Shown here: positions 10,477 through 23,000 of the stretch, piece by piece | Position numbering within the stretch: position 1 is the first letter of the stretch | Layout of the letters: the number at the start of each line of letters is the position of its first letter | Source of the DNA: Mytilus californianus | Lineage: Eukaryota | Reading direction: 5' to 3' | DNA: 64,000 nucleotides | Assembly (NCBI RefSeq): GCF_021869535.1 | Contig: NW_026262679.1 | Span: 48,546,001 to 48,610,000 of the forward strand | Program-made: the position numbers and the translations under genes | Notes under the pieces: generated by a model | What the model was told of the DNA's origin: nothing | The model's database searches: none | Seen by the model: only the letters and a program-made list of their open reading frames with translations

Positions 10477-11120
10477 AGTTCTATTAGATTTAAAATAGAT
10501 ATAAACAATATTTCGCTAGACAAACTAGCTTCATCAGGCGTGTGCATCTATCCAGGTGAAATCGGATGCATGACAAAAAATATGTTTGTAGCTTAAAATA
10601 CACACAGCAGTTGGAATAAAACATATTTAATGATGTTGTATGAATTGTACGAATTTCAAGAGGATTGTTTTTATTTGTTTTAAAATCTTTTCTCGTCTCT
10701 CTCCATCAAGTTCAAGAGTCCGTAACTAGTGCATCCAAAATCTCTCTCTCTCTTTTTTGTCTTCCTTGCGTGTCCCAATTTTGATTTTTATCATAGATTT
10801 GAAATGTGAAGTTTTCAAAATCATGCCCTTCTCTTAAAAGATGTAATTGAACAGTTTCTCTCTTTTGTATAAAATGACCGATGGTTATTTAGTCGGATGT
10901 TGAAAGGTGTTTCTGTTTAGAATATAAATACAATTTTGCGTTTTGCAATTGGATGTTATAAATAAGTTGTATTTTTTTTTTTTTACTGTGCTGTCGGTTT
11001 TGTTCATCACAACAACTGCACTTCCTTTGTCTGTTTGTTTAATAACAATATCATCTCGGCTTTTTAAGTTGTTCATGACTTGGCTTTCTTATTCTGAGAG
11101 ATTCCGTATGCGTTTGCCAC
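10477..11120 (-). mobile_element. Internally deleted, inverted Penelope-like element copy
   Basis: The reverse complement matches the RT N-terminal segment (DDIVIKQTDKGSAVVVM), joined directly to the GIY-YIG/3' segment of the neighbouring copy (12621-13167). A hammerhead motif lies at 10503-10541 (-). Confidence 0.9.
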
Positions 11121-11139
11121 TGACTAATGATTTTACTTC

Positions 11140-13167
11140 AGTTTTCAGAACAAGAAAGCCAAGATGATATTGTTATTAAACAAGCAGACAAAGGAAGTGC
11201 AGTTGTTGTGATGACCATAACCGACTACATTGAAGAAGGGAATCGTCAGCTCTCAAACACAAATTTTTACAAACAATTAGAATGTGATCCTACAAAAGAA
11301 ATTAGCAAAAAAATTTAATGAGGTCCTTTCAGATATGAATAGCAAAAAACACATAGATGACGACACGTACGACTATCTACGCCCTGGTGAAACCTGCACA
11401 GCCGGTCGTTTTTACTTGCTCCCAAAACCTCATAAAGAAAGGATTCCGGGAAGACCTATAGTATCTGCCAATGGCCACCCAACCGAAAAAATATCTGAAT
11501 TCGTTGATTACCATCTTAGACCACATGTTAGAACAATGCCATCATACATTCAAGCCTACAACAGATTATTTGAAGAAAATGGATTCATTAAATCCCTTAC
11601 CAAACAACACAATTTTGGTATCGATGGATGTGTGTTCCCTGTACACTAATATTCCAAAGAATGAAGGAGTAGTCGCTTGTGAAAAAGTATGGAATAATCG
11701 TAAAGATAAACATCCCACAACCGACTGTCTGGTTCAGTTGCTGAAACTAGAAACAACAATTTTGTATTCAACAACCAGCACTACTTGCAGACTGACGGTA
11801 CCAGTATGGGAACCAAAATGGCACCTTCTTTTGCCAACATTTTCATGGGGAATCTCGAAGAACGCATCCTTTCGAATGTGCCATACGAACCCTTGACTTG
11901 GCTCCGTTATATTGATAACATCCGACATCAAATGGAACGAAACTGCAGAACATCTACAAGATTTTCTAGATCTTTGTGATAACTTTTATCAATCTATAAA
12001 GTTCACATCTGAAGTTTCAAATGAGAAAATTGCGTTTCTCGACACCACCATAACTTTAGAAAACGGAGTCATAACAACCGACCTTCACACAAAAAAAAAT
12101 GACAAACACCAATTTCTCTCTCCGAAGAGTTGTCACCCAAAACACTGTTCCCAAAGCATTCCGTACAGCCAAGCTATTGGGTTAAAATGAATCAAAATTA
12201 AACCACGATGCCCGTTTGGGAAAACTCAGACAGCACCTTAAATCAAGAGGTTATAAGAACAAAAACATTTCAGAAGCTTTCTGGTAAAGCAAAAGAAAAA
12301 GACCGAACAAACCTACTTGAATACAAAGAAAAGACGGCCCAGACGAATAAAATTCCGTTTGTTGTCAGCTTTCATCCTGACCTAACAAATCTTTCATCTA
12401 TTATCCACAAACACTGGCGTCTTATTGAAAATGATCCTTCCTTAAAAGAGATTTTTCCATCACCTCCCGTTATGGCTTACTGTAGACCCAAAAACCCCAA
12501 AGATATTCTAGTAACATCTAAAGTATCTAAACAAGAGACATCGACAATAGGAGGTTATAAACCATGCGGAAGAGTCAATTGTAAGTTCTGCAAAGTCGCC
12601 AACATTGAAACCCAATTCGTAAGCAGTCACAAAAAATTAAATACAACATATTTATAACATTCAATTGGAAAACGCAAAATTGTATTTATGTTCTAACGTG
12701 TGTAACTTGCAAGTTGCAATATGTTGGTGAAACAGAAACACCTTTCAACATCCGACTGAATAACAATCGGTCATTTTATACAAAAGAAAGAAACTGTCCA
12801 ATTACAAGATATCTTTTAAAAGAAGGGCATGATTTTGAAAACGTCACATTTCAAATCATTGAGAAAAACCAAAATTGGGACACACAAGAAAGACAAAAAA
12901 GAGAGAGATTTTGGATGCACCAGTTACGGACTCTTGAAAATTATGGACTCAATGAGAGAGACGAGAAAAGATTTTAAAACAAAGAAAAACAGTAATCTTG
13001 AAATTCGTACAATTTATACAATATCATTAAATATGTTAAACTATTATTCCAACTGTTTGTAGTTTAAGCTACAAAAATATTTTTTGTCGTGCATCCAATT
13101 TCACACGCCTGATGAAGCTAGTTTGTCTAGTGAAATATTGCGTATATCTATTTTAAATCTAATAGAA
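11140..13167 (+). mobile_element. Penelope-like retroelement (RT + GIY-YIG endonuclease), 5'-truncated and frameshifted
   Basis: Motifs across frames: IKQADKG, RFYLLPKPHK...[48 protein letters not shown] (YIDD degenerated to YIDN), FLDTTI, and CIYVLTC..C..QYVGET (GIY-YIG). A hammerhead sits in the 3' end. Confidence 0.93.
13105..13143 (+). ncRNA. Minimal type I hammerhead ribozyme in the Penelope-like 3' end
   Basis: ACGC CTGATGA A GCTAG-tttgt-CTAGT GAA ATAT T GCGT. It has a 4-bp stem I, a 5-bp stem II and a palindromic ATAT stem III. Confidence 0.8.
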
Positions 13168-13681
13168 TATGTATACATATATATATATATATAAGTCTAA
13201 ATTGAAAACAACGTTCAAACCTATGATTGCGTTGGATAAAAACCGCAATTTTTATACGTGTGCATGCAAAACAAATTTCTTGGTAGAGGGGGCTAAATAC
13301 AGCACAAACAACAATTTCCAAAAGACCAAATAATCTATATATTATATATAAATTTGTTTTACATGCACACGTATAAAAATTGCGGTTTTTATCCAACGCA
13401 TTTCATAGGTTTGAACGTTGTTTTCAATTTAGACTTGTATATATATATATATACACACAAGTCAAAATTGAAAACAATGTTCAAACCTATGATTGACAGG
13501 CGGTGTTGTCTCGATATCCCAATAGCATGAATTCGAATCCCGGCGAGGGAAGAACAAAAATTTGCTTCCGCAAATTTGCAAATTTAACATTGTTGTGCTG
13601 ATATTTAGAGTAGTTACGAATATAATATGTGTTTTCAATGGATGGATCTGTCGTAGAGTTGTCACTTTTTCAGACGTGCTT

Positions 13682-13684
<3 letters not shown>

Positions 13685-13768
<84 letters not shown>
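13685..13768. repeat. (TA)n microsatellite of about 40 units
   Basis: Directly visible. It explains the spurious IYIY ORF. Confidence 0.98.
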
Positions 13769-13770
<2 letters not shown>

Positions 13771-16207
13771 TTTGGTCTTTTGGAAAATGTTGTTTGTGCT
13801 GTATTTAGACCCCTCTACCAAGAAATTTGTTTTGCATGCACACGTATAAAAATTGCGGTTTTTATCCAACGCAATCACAGGTTTGAACGTTGTTTTCAAT
13901 TTAGACTTGTTTATATATATATATATATATATCATTTATAATTGATGTAAAGCTTTCAATTCCGATGTGTCCTTGGTCTAAACAGTATAAATAGTCAAAA
14001 AGACGTACATTGGAATTGGTTGGTTTAAGGATTGTGGTTTGCAGAAGTTCAGTGGCAAATATTTCATGCATATCAAAGACTATAACAAATAAATGCTAAA
14101 AGTAGTCTCTGTAAAGTTTGTCTTTCGGGATGAAGGGCAGAACATATGGATGGCCAATTAAAATGAGGTCATTTTAGATAGAGGCAGATTGTGTATTTAT
14201 ACATCCCGAAAAGTCAAACGAACAATCCTTGTGGGGTGTCTTTTGCCTAGAACGGAATAATTGGACCAGTTTATATATCAGGTATACACATTTGTGAGTA
14301 AAGGTATTGGCAAATATAGAAGCCAGACTGAGTGTTATCTGGAACGCGGTATAATACTCACAAGTGTCTTGGTAAATACATGTACTATATAACTTCTATA
14401 TTTAACTCTTATATTAGTTTTTTTTTCAAATGATGGTTTCCCTGAACTTGGTGCTTTTCTTCCTTTTTTGTAAACCTATGTTACTAAGCTATTTATTTGG
14501 TTTACATATTGATTTTACTCTTCTTTCTTTTCTAGTGACATAAACTGCAAGAGCTCACATTTTAAGGTTCCAATATAGTTCGTTACATGTAACATATAAG
14601 TCTGTTAAAATGAGCTACATCAAGATTATGCTCGAAATTGTGCTTATAATTAGCTTCAGGTTTAATATTTAATTTCGTTTGTAATTGCAATGTAGTTTTA
14701 TAAACAAACGGGGGGGGGGGGGGGGGGTTAAGCGTCCATTTCAAGTAACCATATGAAACATGTTAAAACAGTTAAGTTGGTCCTCTTAACTAATTCATTC
14801 GAAAAATTCATGTTCCCCTCTGTAATAGATTATGATTATGATTGTCAATGAGTACAACAATCTTGTAAATTTCCAATGTGTTACTATTCTTATAACAAAA
14901 TTTTTAGTGAAACGGAAACAATGAGGCTTATATATATCTAACTACGGATTTTCTTCTTTTTTATTCCTGCAAAGGGTCCTTATTTTTTATTGTCAATGAT
15001 ATACAGTGGGATTTTAACGAAATTCTGCGTTAATGGGACTTTTAGAAAAGGTCATGATAGAATGGAGTTACAAAAATAAAATATTCCTATTCACAAAAAC
15101 TTTGTCACTTAAAATCACGTTATCACATTACGTTACTGCTACATTTTGTACTGAAAACTAAAGGAATGGAATAAAAGGAAACGAATGGTAAAAACTTATC
15201 AAAGATTCCAAGTGTTACGATATGCAAAAGCACACATTAAGGTAGAATCATAAAAAAGTGTCACCAATAAAGCATGTGTGCTTTCAATTGGATGACAATC
15301 TGCTGGTCGTCTCGAAAACCGCTGCCGCTTTCACAGATTTATGAAATGTGTAAATATTGTTTTCATGAAGTAACCGTTCATATCATACAGTTCAAATAAT
15401 CTGTTCGTATTTTCTTTTCTTTTTTTCTTTTTTATCTTGAATTACGATGCACCCCAGGGTGACTGGGGAATAGAAATATGGATACTTAGGTCTTCTTCCG
15501 ACCGGCAGTAAAAAAGGGCGTGCGTTCGGCTGTGCTGGATGTACAAATATGCAGCCAATTACGGTTAACTTCGATCTCTCGTGTAGAGCGAGTGTCACGC
15601 TCTCTGCACGTTAAGAACCCCTGCAACGCAAGGTAAAATTTCTGTCCCTATCCTATATACCTTCATTTTCTAGTGGCAGCCGAAATTTACATAACCTCCA
15701 TCCCAGATGGTCTCTATTACATGACCAACCTATTGTATTTATTGTTAATTTGTTTTCGTCCTGAACATGCATGCGATATTTGCCACTGGACGTTAAGCAA
15801 CCAACAATCAATCAATTTAATTACGATAAATGATATTAGTGATTTATAAATGTTATATTTGAAGCAATACAAACTCACCGAAAAACAACTAACACATCCA
15901 CTTTATTTGAACTTTGGTGGATAGTTGTCTCATTGGCAATCATACCGCATCTTAATTTTAGATAAGATGCTTACTAACAGACAATATAACTATACGGAGA
16001 AGTTGTTGGTGGCATTTATTTGAAACGATAAACTATATTAATAATTCGTTTGCTACAATTTTAAAAATAAAAGTCACATATGTATAACATTTAATTGATT
16101 AATGAATAACATTTAATCAATTACAAGCACTTTGAGTTTTCAACAATAACAATATATATCACAGATAAAGGTCAGTAACATAACAAACAGCGTCACATAA
16201 CAACATG

Positions 16208-16487
16208 TCAGAATATAACCTTTCTGGATAAGCGTGATCTATCACCTGATGACCAGGACTTGGACTTGGAACGGAAATGACGTACATCTGCTACCCGACG
16301 GTAGTGATGGAGGTCTGCAGAGAAATCAGAATGAAGCATTGGTCTGTAGTCAATAGGGTCACACAAATCAGATGATGTTTCAAAGAAAGACTTGTAGCCA
16401 CTGTCAAGAAGGTAGATTTCTGGATAGTTCAATGCTGGGTAATTCTCGGTGTTCATCTGACGATCTTTACTGCGAAGATGTCGTAAC
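16208..16487 (-). CDS. cdc25: cdc25 phosphatase, last coding exon
   Basis: tttgtag|G TTA CGA... gives (M)LRHLRSKDRQMNTENYPALNYPEIYLLDSGYKSFFE...YRPMLH...FRSKSKSW...VIF*, matching the CDC25 C-terminal catalytic region (YPxLxYPELYxLxGGYKxFF). 280 nt, phase 2. Confidence 0.93.
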
Positions 16488-17594
16488 CTACAAAAATGAT
16501 ATCAAATCAATAAATGGAATACGTAAAAAATGGGCACATAATATTTTTTTGAATAATAAAAACCCAATTTCTCTCGTCTTCAGTTTAGAAGATAATTTGG
16601 TCATCCAATTGGTCAAACTGGAAAAGACGCAAAGATTTTAACAAAATTATATCCAATCATGAGGAATTTGAAGTCAATGTTAATCCTGATTAACTACACA
16701 TTCTGATCACATAATAAATTGTTTTATTGTTGTCGTAAAATAGCTGAATCTTGTAGTTTCTGGTATTTTCACAAGATTCAAGTGTCATAGTGGCCTTTCT
16801 ATATGTAATGTATAATTTTAACTTTTGTGGTATCAGAAAGTTACCTGCTTCTTCAGTAAAACATAATGCGTTCATTATTTTGACGATTTGCTGTACTTTT
16901 ATCGCTAGTTCAAAGGTAGCTAAATTATTTATTGTGTATCATCTGTTTGATTGAAGTTGAAAATCAAGTATATTTACTTTTTCAGAAACGGCATAAATGT
17001 ACAGTAAGAACAGTAGTTGTATTTTTTTATTTTTTTTATTTTTTTTTTTGCTTAAAGATCATCGGCATAACAATGAAAATGAGGCATTAGTGTTATTACC
17101 GAACATATAATTTCATATAATTAAAATAAATAAGACAAATAAAATTGTAATATGTTGATTTTTTTCGTTGCAATTGTTTATTGTAAATATTAGCCGTTCA
17201 GTCTGTTTAACTTTTACCAATGTGCATTATAGCTAACACTGATAAAGGAGATTTTAGATAAACATCAAAATTAAATGCAAAAATATAATTTAACAATAAA
17301 GTACAAAAAGACCTCGATCGGTATATGAAATGAATGCATTGTGTTTTTCTTTACTTTAGTTTATTGCTGCATTTCGTGACATCTTACTTTTTACTCTCTC
17401 TATCTTAGTTTCTATCGATAACGGTATTGTCTATTCTTAGTCCAACAAAGTCCGTCATTTCAGACTTTCATATTCACTCATGTATTAGTGTTGGGTGATT
17501 TGCCTGGCTTTAGCTATTCTTTTTGTCTACACTAGTTTTGATCAGCTTTTCAGTTTTCAAATAAGTTTTGCATTTTCAAGTATGTTAGCCTCGT

Positions 17595-17638
17595 GCATCA
17601 CTAAAGAAACATTATTTGTTGAAATGCGTATCTGATGC
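17595..17638 (+). ncRNA. Degenerate hammerhead motif (G5A) in a dispersed repeat, antisense within a cdc25 intron
   Basis: GCATCA CTAAAGA AACA-ttatt-TGTT GAA ATGCGTAT C TGATGC. The three stems are preserved and core G5 is changed to A. It shares the flank tgcagt.aaattggtacc with the copy at 28875-28918. Confidence 0.65.
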
Positions 17639-18135
17639 AGTCAAATTGGTACCGTTAATGTAATTACATGTGTCAATGGTTGATAAATTTCTTAATGTCT
17701 ATGGGGGTCAGAAAAGAGAAATTTACTACCCCGCTACTGTATGGTGAGTTGACTCGTCAAGGGATTTTAACAGGGGTATATCGACGGGTGTCACTAATGA
17801 AACAGGAACTCATGACCTTTCCGGAACACCCAATTTTTATTTGTGGTGTTTTGTGGGCTCGTATAATTGTCCAATCTTAAGGTTTTTGTGTAATGTTTTG
17901 TGGACTGTTGTCTGTGTGCTCATTATTATTCTTTCGACAATGATGCAGCCGGTCTTGCTTGACTTATAGCTTTAAGGGAGAGGACGTCACTAATGTTGTT
18001 ATAACTTGTGTCCTATCCCTTTTTTACTTTTGCAAATAAAACATGTTTAAACTAAACTAAACTATAGCTTTAGATTGTTCTTATGGTAAATGTCCCCCCC
18101 CCCCTTTTTTTAAGAAACAATACATTAAAACTTAC

Positions 18136-18245
18136 ATTGCAGGACCTCTTTCTTGTGAAAATTCACAGTGAAAGATGAGGACTTGCACAGATGTCTGTTG
18201 CAGAAGGTCTTCTATCATCCCATGGAGGTATCTGTTTTCTGCTGA
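18136..18245 (-). CDS. cdc25: cdc25 exon carrying the catalytic HCX5R motif
   Basis: cctttag|SAENRYLHGMIEDLLQQTSVQVLIFHCEFSQERGPA-AT|GTAAGT. Splice phases fit both neighbours. Confidence 0.95.
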
Positions 18246-18972
18246 CTAAAGGAAAAGAACTCAATGTTACAAATAATTCATATATATTGGTAAAAAAATT
18301 ATTGCAAGAGTATTTGCATCATATATTTCATTTATAAAATAACATCATTCAAACTAGCTTTGAATTAGCAATAAAATTACTATTATATGAATAACTATTA
18401 TAAATGATAATTATTAAAGATTTGAAAAAAAAAAAACATTTGTTGCAAACAATTGTGTAAATGATTATGGTGTTATTTGATGACATTTACTGTTCACGTA
18501 CATTTGTATTGTTTTTGACTTTGTTTTCTTATGCAAGTCTGTTACTCGTTTCTCGTTTTTTTATATAGATTAGACCGTTGGTTTTCCTGTTTGAATGGTT
18601 TTACACTAGTCATTTTTGGGGCCCTTTATATAGCTTGCTGTTCGGTGTGAGCCAAGGCTCCTTGTTGAAGGCCGTACTTTGACCTATAATGGTTTACTTT
18701 TACAAATTGTGACTTGGATGGAGAGTTGTCTCATTGGCACTCATACCACATCTTCTTATATCTACTTATTATATTCACTTCCATTTGAGGCAATGTTTTA
18801 ACTTCTATTATTACGACATGTTGCTGCTATCGATATACTAACTGTACAATACGATTATGTAAAACTGATAACCAAATAATGTTTCCCTTTTTTATGGAAC
18901 TTCAATGTATGAAACATTTGTTTCATAAGAAACCATTGATTCTAGCTAGTTACCGTTTATATTTATTCATAC

Positions 18973-19071
18973 CTGAATATGTCCACCGTCATACTCATAA
19001 GGATATCTGCAGTCAATAACACGAAAACTGCTTATGACATAACTGTAACGACCACATAAGACGTCTGACAA
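18973..19071 (-). CDS. cdc25: cdc25 exon (rhodanese domain, DCR motif)
   Basis: ttttcag|LSDVLCGRYSYVISSFRVIDCRYPYEYDGGHIQ|GTATGA; 99 nt, phase 0-0. Confidence 0.95.
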
Positions 19072-19563
19072 CTGAAAAAAATTAATTCGTTAATTATTTC
19101 AGATATATTGATTGATTAATTGTTGGTTGCTAAACATATAAGCAGTTTTTTTAATAGACAAAGGTTTAACCATCTACGAAATTGGAGTTTTCCAACATGA
19201 TTACTCCGGTGACCATCCAGTGGCAAATATTTCATGCATTTTCAGGACGAGAATAAACAACAATAACTGCAATAAGTAGGTCCTGTTATAGAGACCGATA
19301 AATGAAAAGATGAGAACATGAGAACTGGTGTTGAAAGATTTAGTTTAGTCTACTCTGCAATTGCTTTCATGAAGACTTGTATTTTTTTTCGTGCTGTGAC
19401 TGTGGATTGGGGGAAATATATACGTTCCATTGTCAAACATAAAGAAAATCTTTAATATATGCTATTTTTATAGCTTAAATTGTACATGTTTGATTTCATA
19501 TGTGAATATGTTTTTATTCGTAAATCCTCGTCCTTCTTACTTATTGTTCAAAGAGGTACTTAC

Positions 19564-19740
19564 TGTTTCTGGTGAAATGCTCTTGAGGTCTTTATGTTTT
19601 CCTGGCACTGTTGGCAAAGAATAACAGCTACTACCATCTGCAATCAAATTAGTGTCACCGGCTAAAACACTGTTGACTTCACAAATAGTCTTTTGTCGTT
19701 TTGTTGGGGGTATGTTTACACAGTTGTCGTCGACGAAAAC
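19564..19740 (-). CDS. cdc25: cdc25 exon (start of the catalytic domain)
   Basis: cag|VFVDDN...LIADGSSCYSLPTVPGKHKDLKSISPET|GTAAGT, compared with CDC25 LIGDFSK.Y...V.GKHQDLKYISPE. 177 nt. Confidence 0.9.
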
Positions 19741-20221
19741 CTGTTCGTTTGGACAAAAAGACATTATCATGTATGAAAAAAGATAAAGACTTGTAATATG
19801 TGACGTAATCTATCATTCGTGACGTAATAGTTTACATGTACGTTACAATGTTTGCTGACTTTTTTCTGCAGTTTCGAGTTTGTGTGGCTGATATTTGATT
19901 TATGCAAATTTGAATTAGTGCACACAGTCGATGTTGTGTACATTGTATTTGCTGCTTCACTACCAAGCACTGGCATTTTAAGAAGCAAGAGCAACACTTG
20001 TTGGCTCAAAGTCAGATATGGCGGAACAATTATGACTTTTGTGTCAAATGTCAGTTCAAAAACATATGCTAAAAAATGGATAATTAAAAACTTAACTTGT
20101 TTGGAACATATCAAATACATTACTAACAGGAAAAAAAACTGAAAAGTAGAACCTCAAAATCCTTTTTTAGATATTGAATAACTTTGGCTTCATCTGAAAT
20201 TTGTTTAATTTGAAAACTTAC

Positions 20222-20345
20222 GTCATCTAAACCGAGACCGGAATCGTCGCTGTCAATGGATAGCCAGCTGTCTTGTAATACTGGACTGGAAGGTGTGTCT
20301 GTATTCTCTTCTAAGACAGAAAAGGCACGTTTACCAAATGTTGGT
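20222..20345 (-). CDS. cdc25: cdc25 regulatory-domain exon with a DSG phosphodegron-like motif
   Basis: ttttcag|A-PTFGKRAFSVLEENTDTPSSPVLQDSWLSIDSDDSGLGLDD|GTAAGT; phase 2 in, phase 0 out. The DDSGLG motif resembles the beta-TrCP degron of CDC25A. Confidence 0.8.
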
Positions 20346-22932
20346 CTGAAAAAACCCAGATTAACAGTTTGTTAACAAATGTATTAAATCAACATTATTT
20401 TGATTTTAAACGTAAATGAAATTAACTAAACTTACGACTTGTATTTTAGGATGTGTAATCTTGTATTTCGACTCTCCTTTGAATCTTGAATTAAGTCGTT
20501 TGCTTAAACTTATTTTACGCAATAATGATCCTGATTTATTCATAGATCTAACAATTATCATTTTAATAAAAAAAAAAACAAAGGATATGGGGTATCCATT
20601 CAGAAAATATCCCTCAGTTAAGTAATATTTATTCATTTGCGTAATTATTTCCAAGTTGTCGGCATTTGTCCATCCAGTTAAAGACACCCCTGCATACTGT
20701 TATTGGCGACCTAACTCATTAAAGGACAGAAAATTAACAACAGTATAAAGAAATTTAGGATAAGGCAACATTGATACTTTTTTATATGTATATGGATAAG
20801 ATAAAGACAGAAGATACTGAAAGGAACATTTAAAAGTCGAAGAGAAACTGACAACGCTATGGCACAAAAGAAAAGACGACAACAGATCACAAATAAACAA
20901 TCAAGTCCACAAGACTAAAGACTAAGAAACACGAACCCCACAAAAAACTGGTGGTGATCTATACATTCTATTATAGAAGTATGCTACTCTCACAAGGAGA
21001 GCTCATTTCTGATACATGTGTTGGTTTGTATTGTGTAATTCATATGTTCGTTTAAGCCTGGCGAACTAGAACATAGCAGAAGAAAATATAACTGACAGCC
21101 AAAAAAAACGAAGACATCATTTTCCACTGAAGAATGGTGTTACGACGGTAAACCATGCCAAATGACAACTTTTCGTCCTTTAAAGGAACAGTGCATGGAT
21201 ACTTATGTTTGGGCTAGCTACCTTCAGTGGTTTTGAATCTCCATGCATTTCATCAACTGAAAGTTTATATACTTACAAAATCATAAAATCCTACAGCAAT
21301 TGCCAACCATTTGTTTGCATATTAGCGGAATTAATTAACAAAATTCTTTTTTGTTCATACATATATGACATTATTGCTTACAAATAACTTAAACGTTCCC
21401 CTCACCCGCAATATGAAATATGAGCAAATGTTTCAAATAAAAATAATATATTTTGTAGGACGTTAACTCGTTTTGCTAACAGAAATTGTTCCATGTCCCA
21501 AGTTATGAACGTCGTCAGTGGTTGTCGTTTGTCATGCCTAAATTTTGTTTTGTTTTTTGAAGAATCAACTTTAAAAGTATAGAATAGAATAGAATAGAAT
21601 ATCTTTTATTTCCATAAAAGGTACCTTCAAGGGGCAAAGTGCATATACATATATGACAATAAAGCTACATTTACAAATACAATAAAGTAGAGTATAAACA
21701 CGAAGCTATACTACTATAAATTGAAGTAAGATCGGAAGACATTAAAATGTTCCTCATATGAAATAATTACGGGGTATATTGGCCCGGGCCTACTTTTAGA
21801 TGTTGATTTACTTATTTCGATGTTGTCACCTTTAGTGTTCATTTTCATAAGTCAACTCAGTCATTATGACTTTAAATGTATAAACAATATATAAAAATTT
21901 ATTAATGCAGCATCATATGAAAACAAAACGATCACAACAGAACAGAGAAAGGAAATAAAGATCAAACTGAAAATAAATGATTAAACCACATTGGACAAAT
22001 CCGATCTATCAAACATCGATCTTGGTGTTGGACGTCGATAAGACGGTATAAAGATTCTAGACCTTGATTTGAGAATGTGACGTCAGACCGGACATCGGTC
22101 AGAAGAAAAGGACGTAGATTAGATAGAGAAATAAGAAGATATGGTATGATTGCCAATGAGACAACTCTCCAACAGAGACCAAATGACTTAGAAGTTAACA
22201 TCTACAGGTCACCGTACGGCCTTCAGCAATGAGCAAAACCAATTCCGCATATAGTCAGCTATAAAAGGCCTCGAAATGACAAATGTAAAATAATTCAAAG
22301 AGAAAACTAACAGCGTGATTCATGTACAAAATGACTTAGGACAGGCACATACAGAATGTGGCGGGGTTAAACTATTGATAAGTATAAAATTTCACCGAAC
22401 GAATTTAGAGTGACCTAAACGACATTATCATTTAAGAAAGGTATGGCATTTTGTAAACCAAACTGAAAGTTAGGGTTGTACCATTTTAAACATATTTCTA
22501 TATTCTCGTTTTTCTAAGTAAAATAGCAAAATATTTTTGTTGAATTATTCATGTTCATGGAATCCAAAATTTTCCCGCAAATAACAAGAACCTTAAGGTA
22601 GACGCACAGAATAATCTCCCTCTAGAAAAGAAAAATAGATAAAAGTACCCAAAACTTTTTTTCTGTCCAAATGATGTTAGCAAAAAAATATTTCCATAAA
22701 AATCATGTCTGATGTTTGCAATATGCATTAAAGGAGATGTTGAAAATGTGTCAATGTGAAAGCAGACTAAAGATACAGTCAGTACCGATAGAAAATTAAT
22801 TTGATTTCTACTAGTCTAGTATTCAAATTTCGTATTTAGGTTTCATAAAATTGTAAATGATATCTATGAAATGATATGTTCAAAGTTCTGAGATTTAACC
22901 AAATACAAAATCGTATTTGTTTGCTTAGATTC

Positions 22933-23000
22933 GTAGCTAGAAAATCATTTTGTTCGTAGTGAGAAAATCATTTTGCTCGTAGCTAGAAAATCATTTTGCA
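22933..23000. repeat. 23-bp tandem repeat x3 (cgtagctagaaaatcattttgtt)
   Basis: Directly visible. Confidence 0.85.

Noticed and set aside
13562-13849. 95-aa ORF with an IYIYIY run
   Set aside because: It is the translation of a (TA)n microsatellite plus repeat sequence.
16246-16295. CTGATGA...GAAA hammerhead-like string antisense to the cdc25 last exon
   Set aside because: Stems I and II do not pair. The sequence is explained by cdc25 codons.
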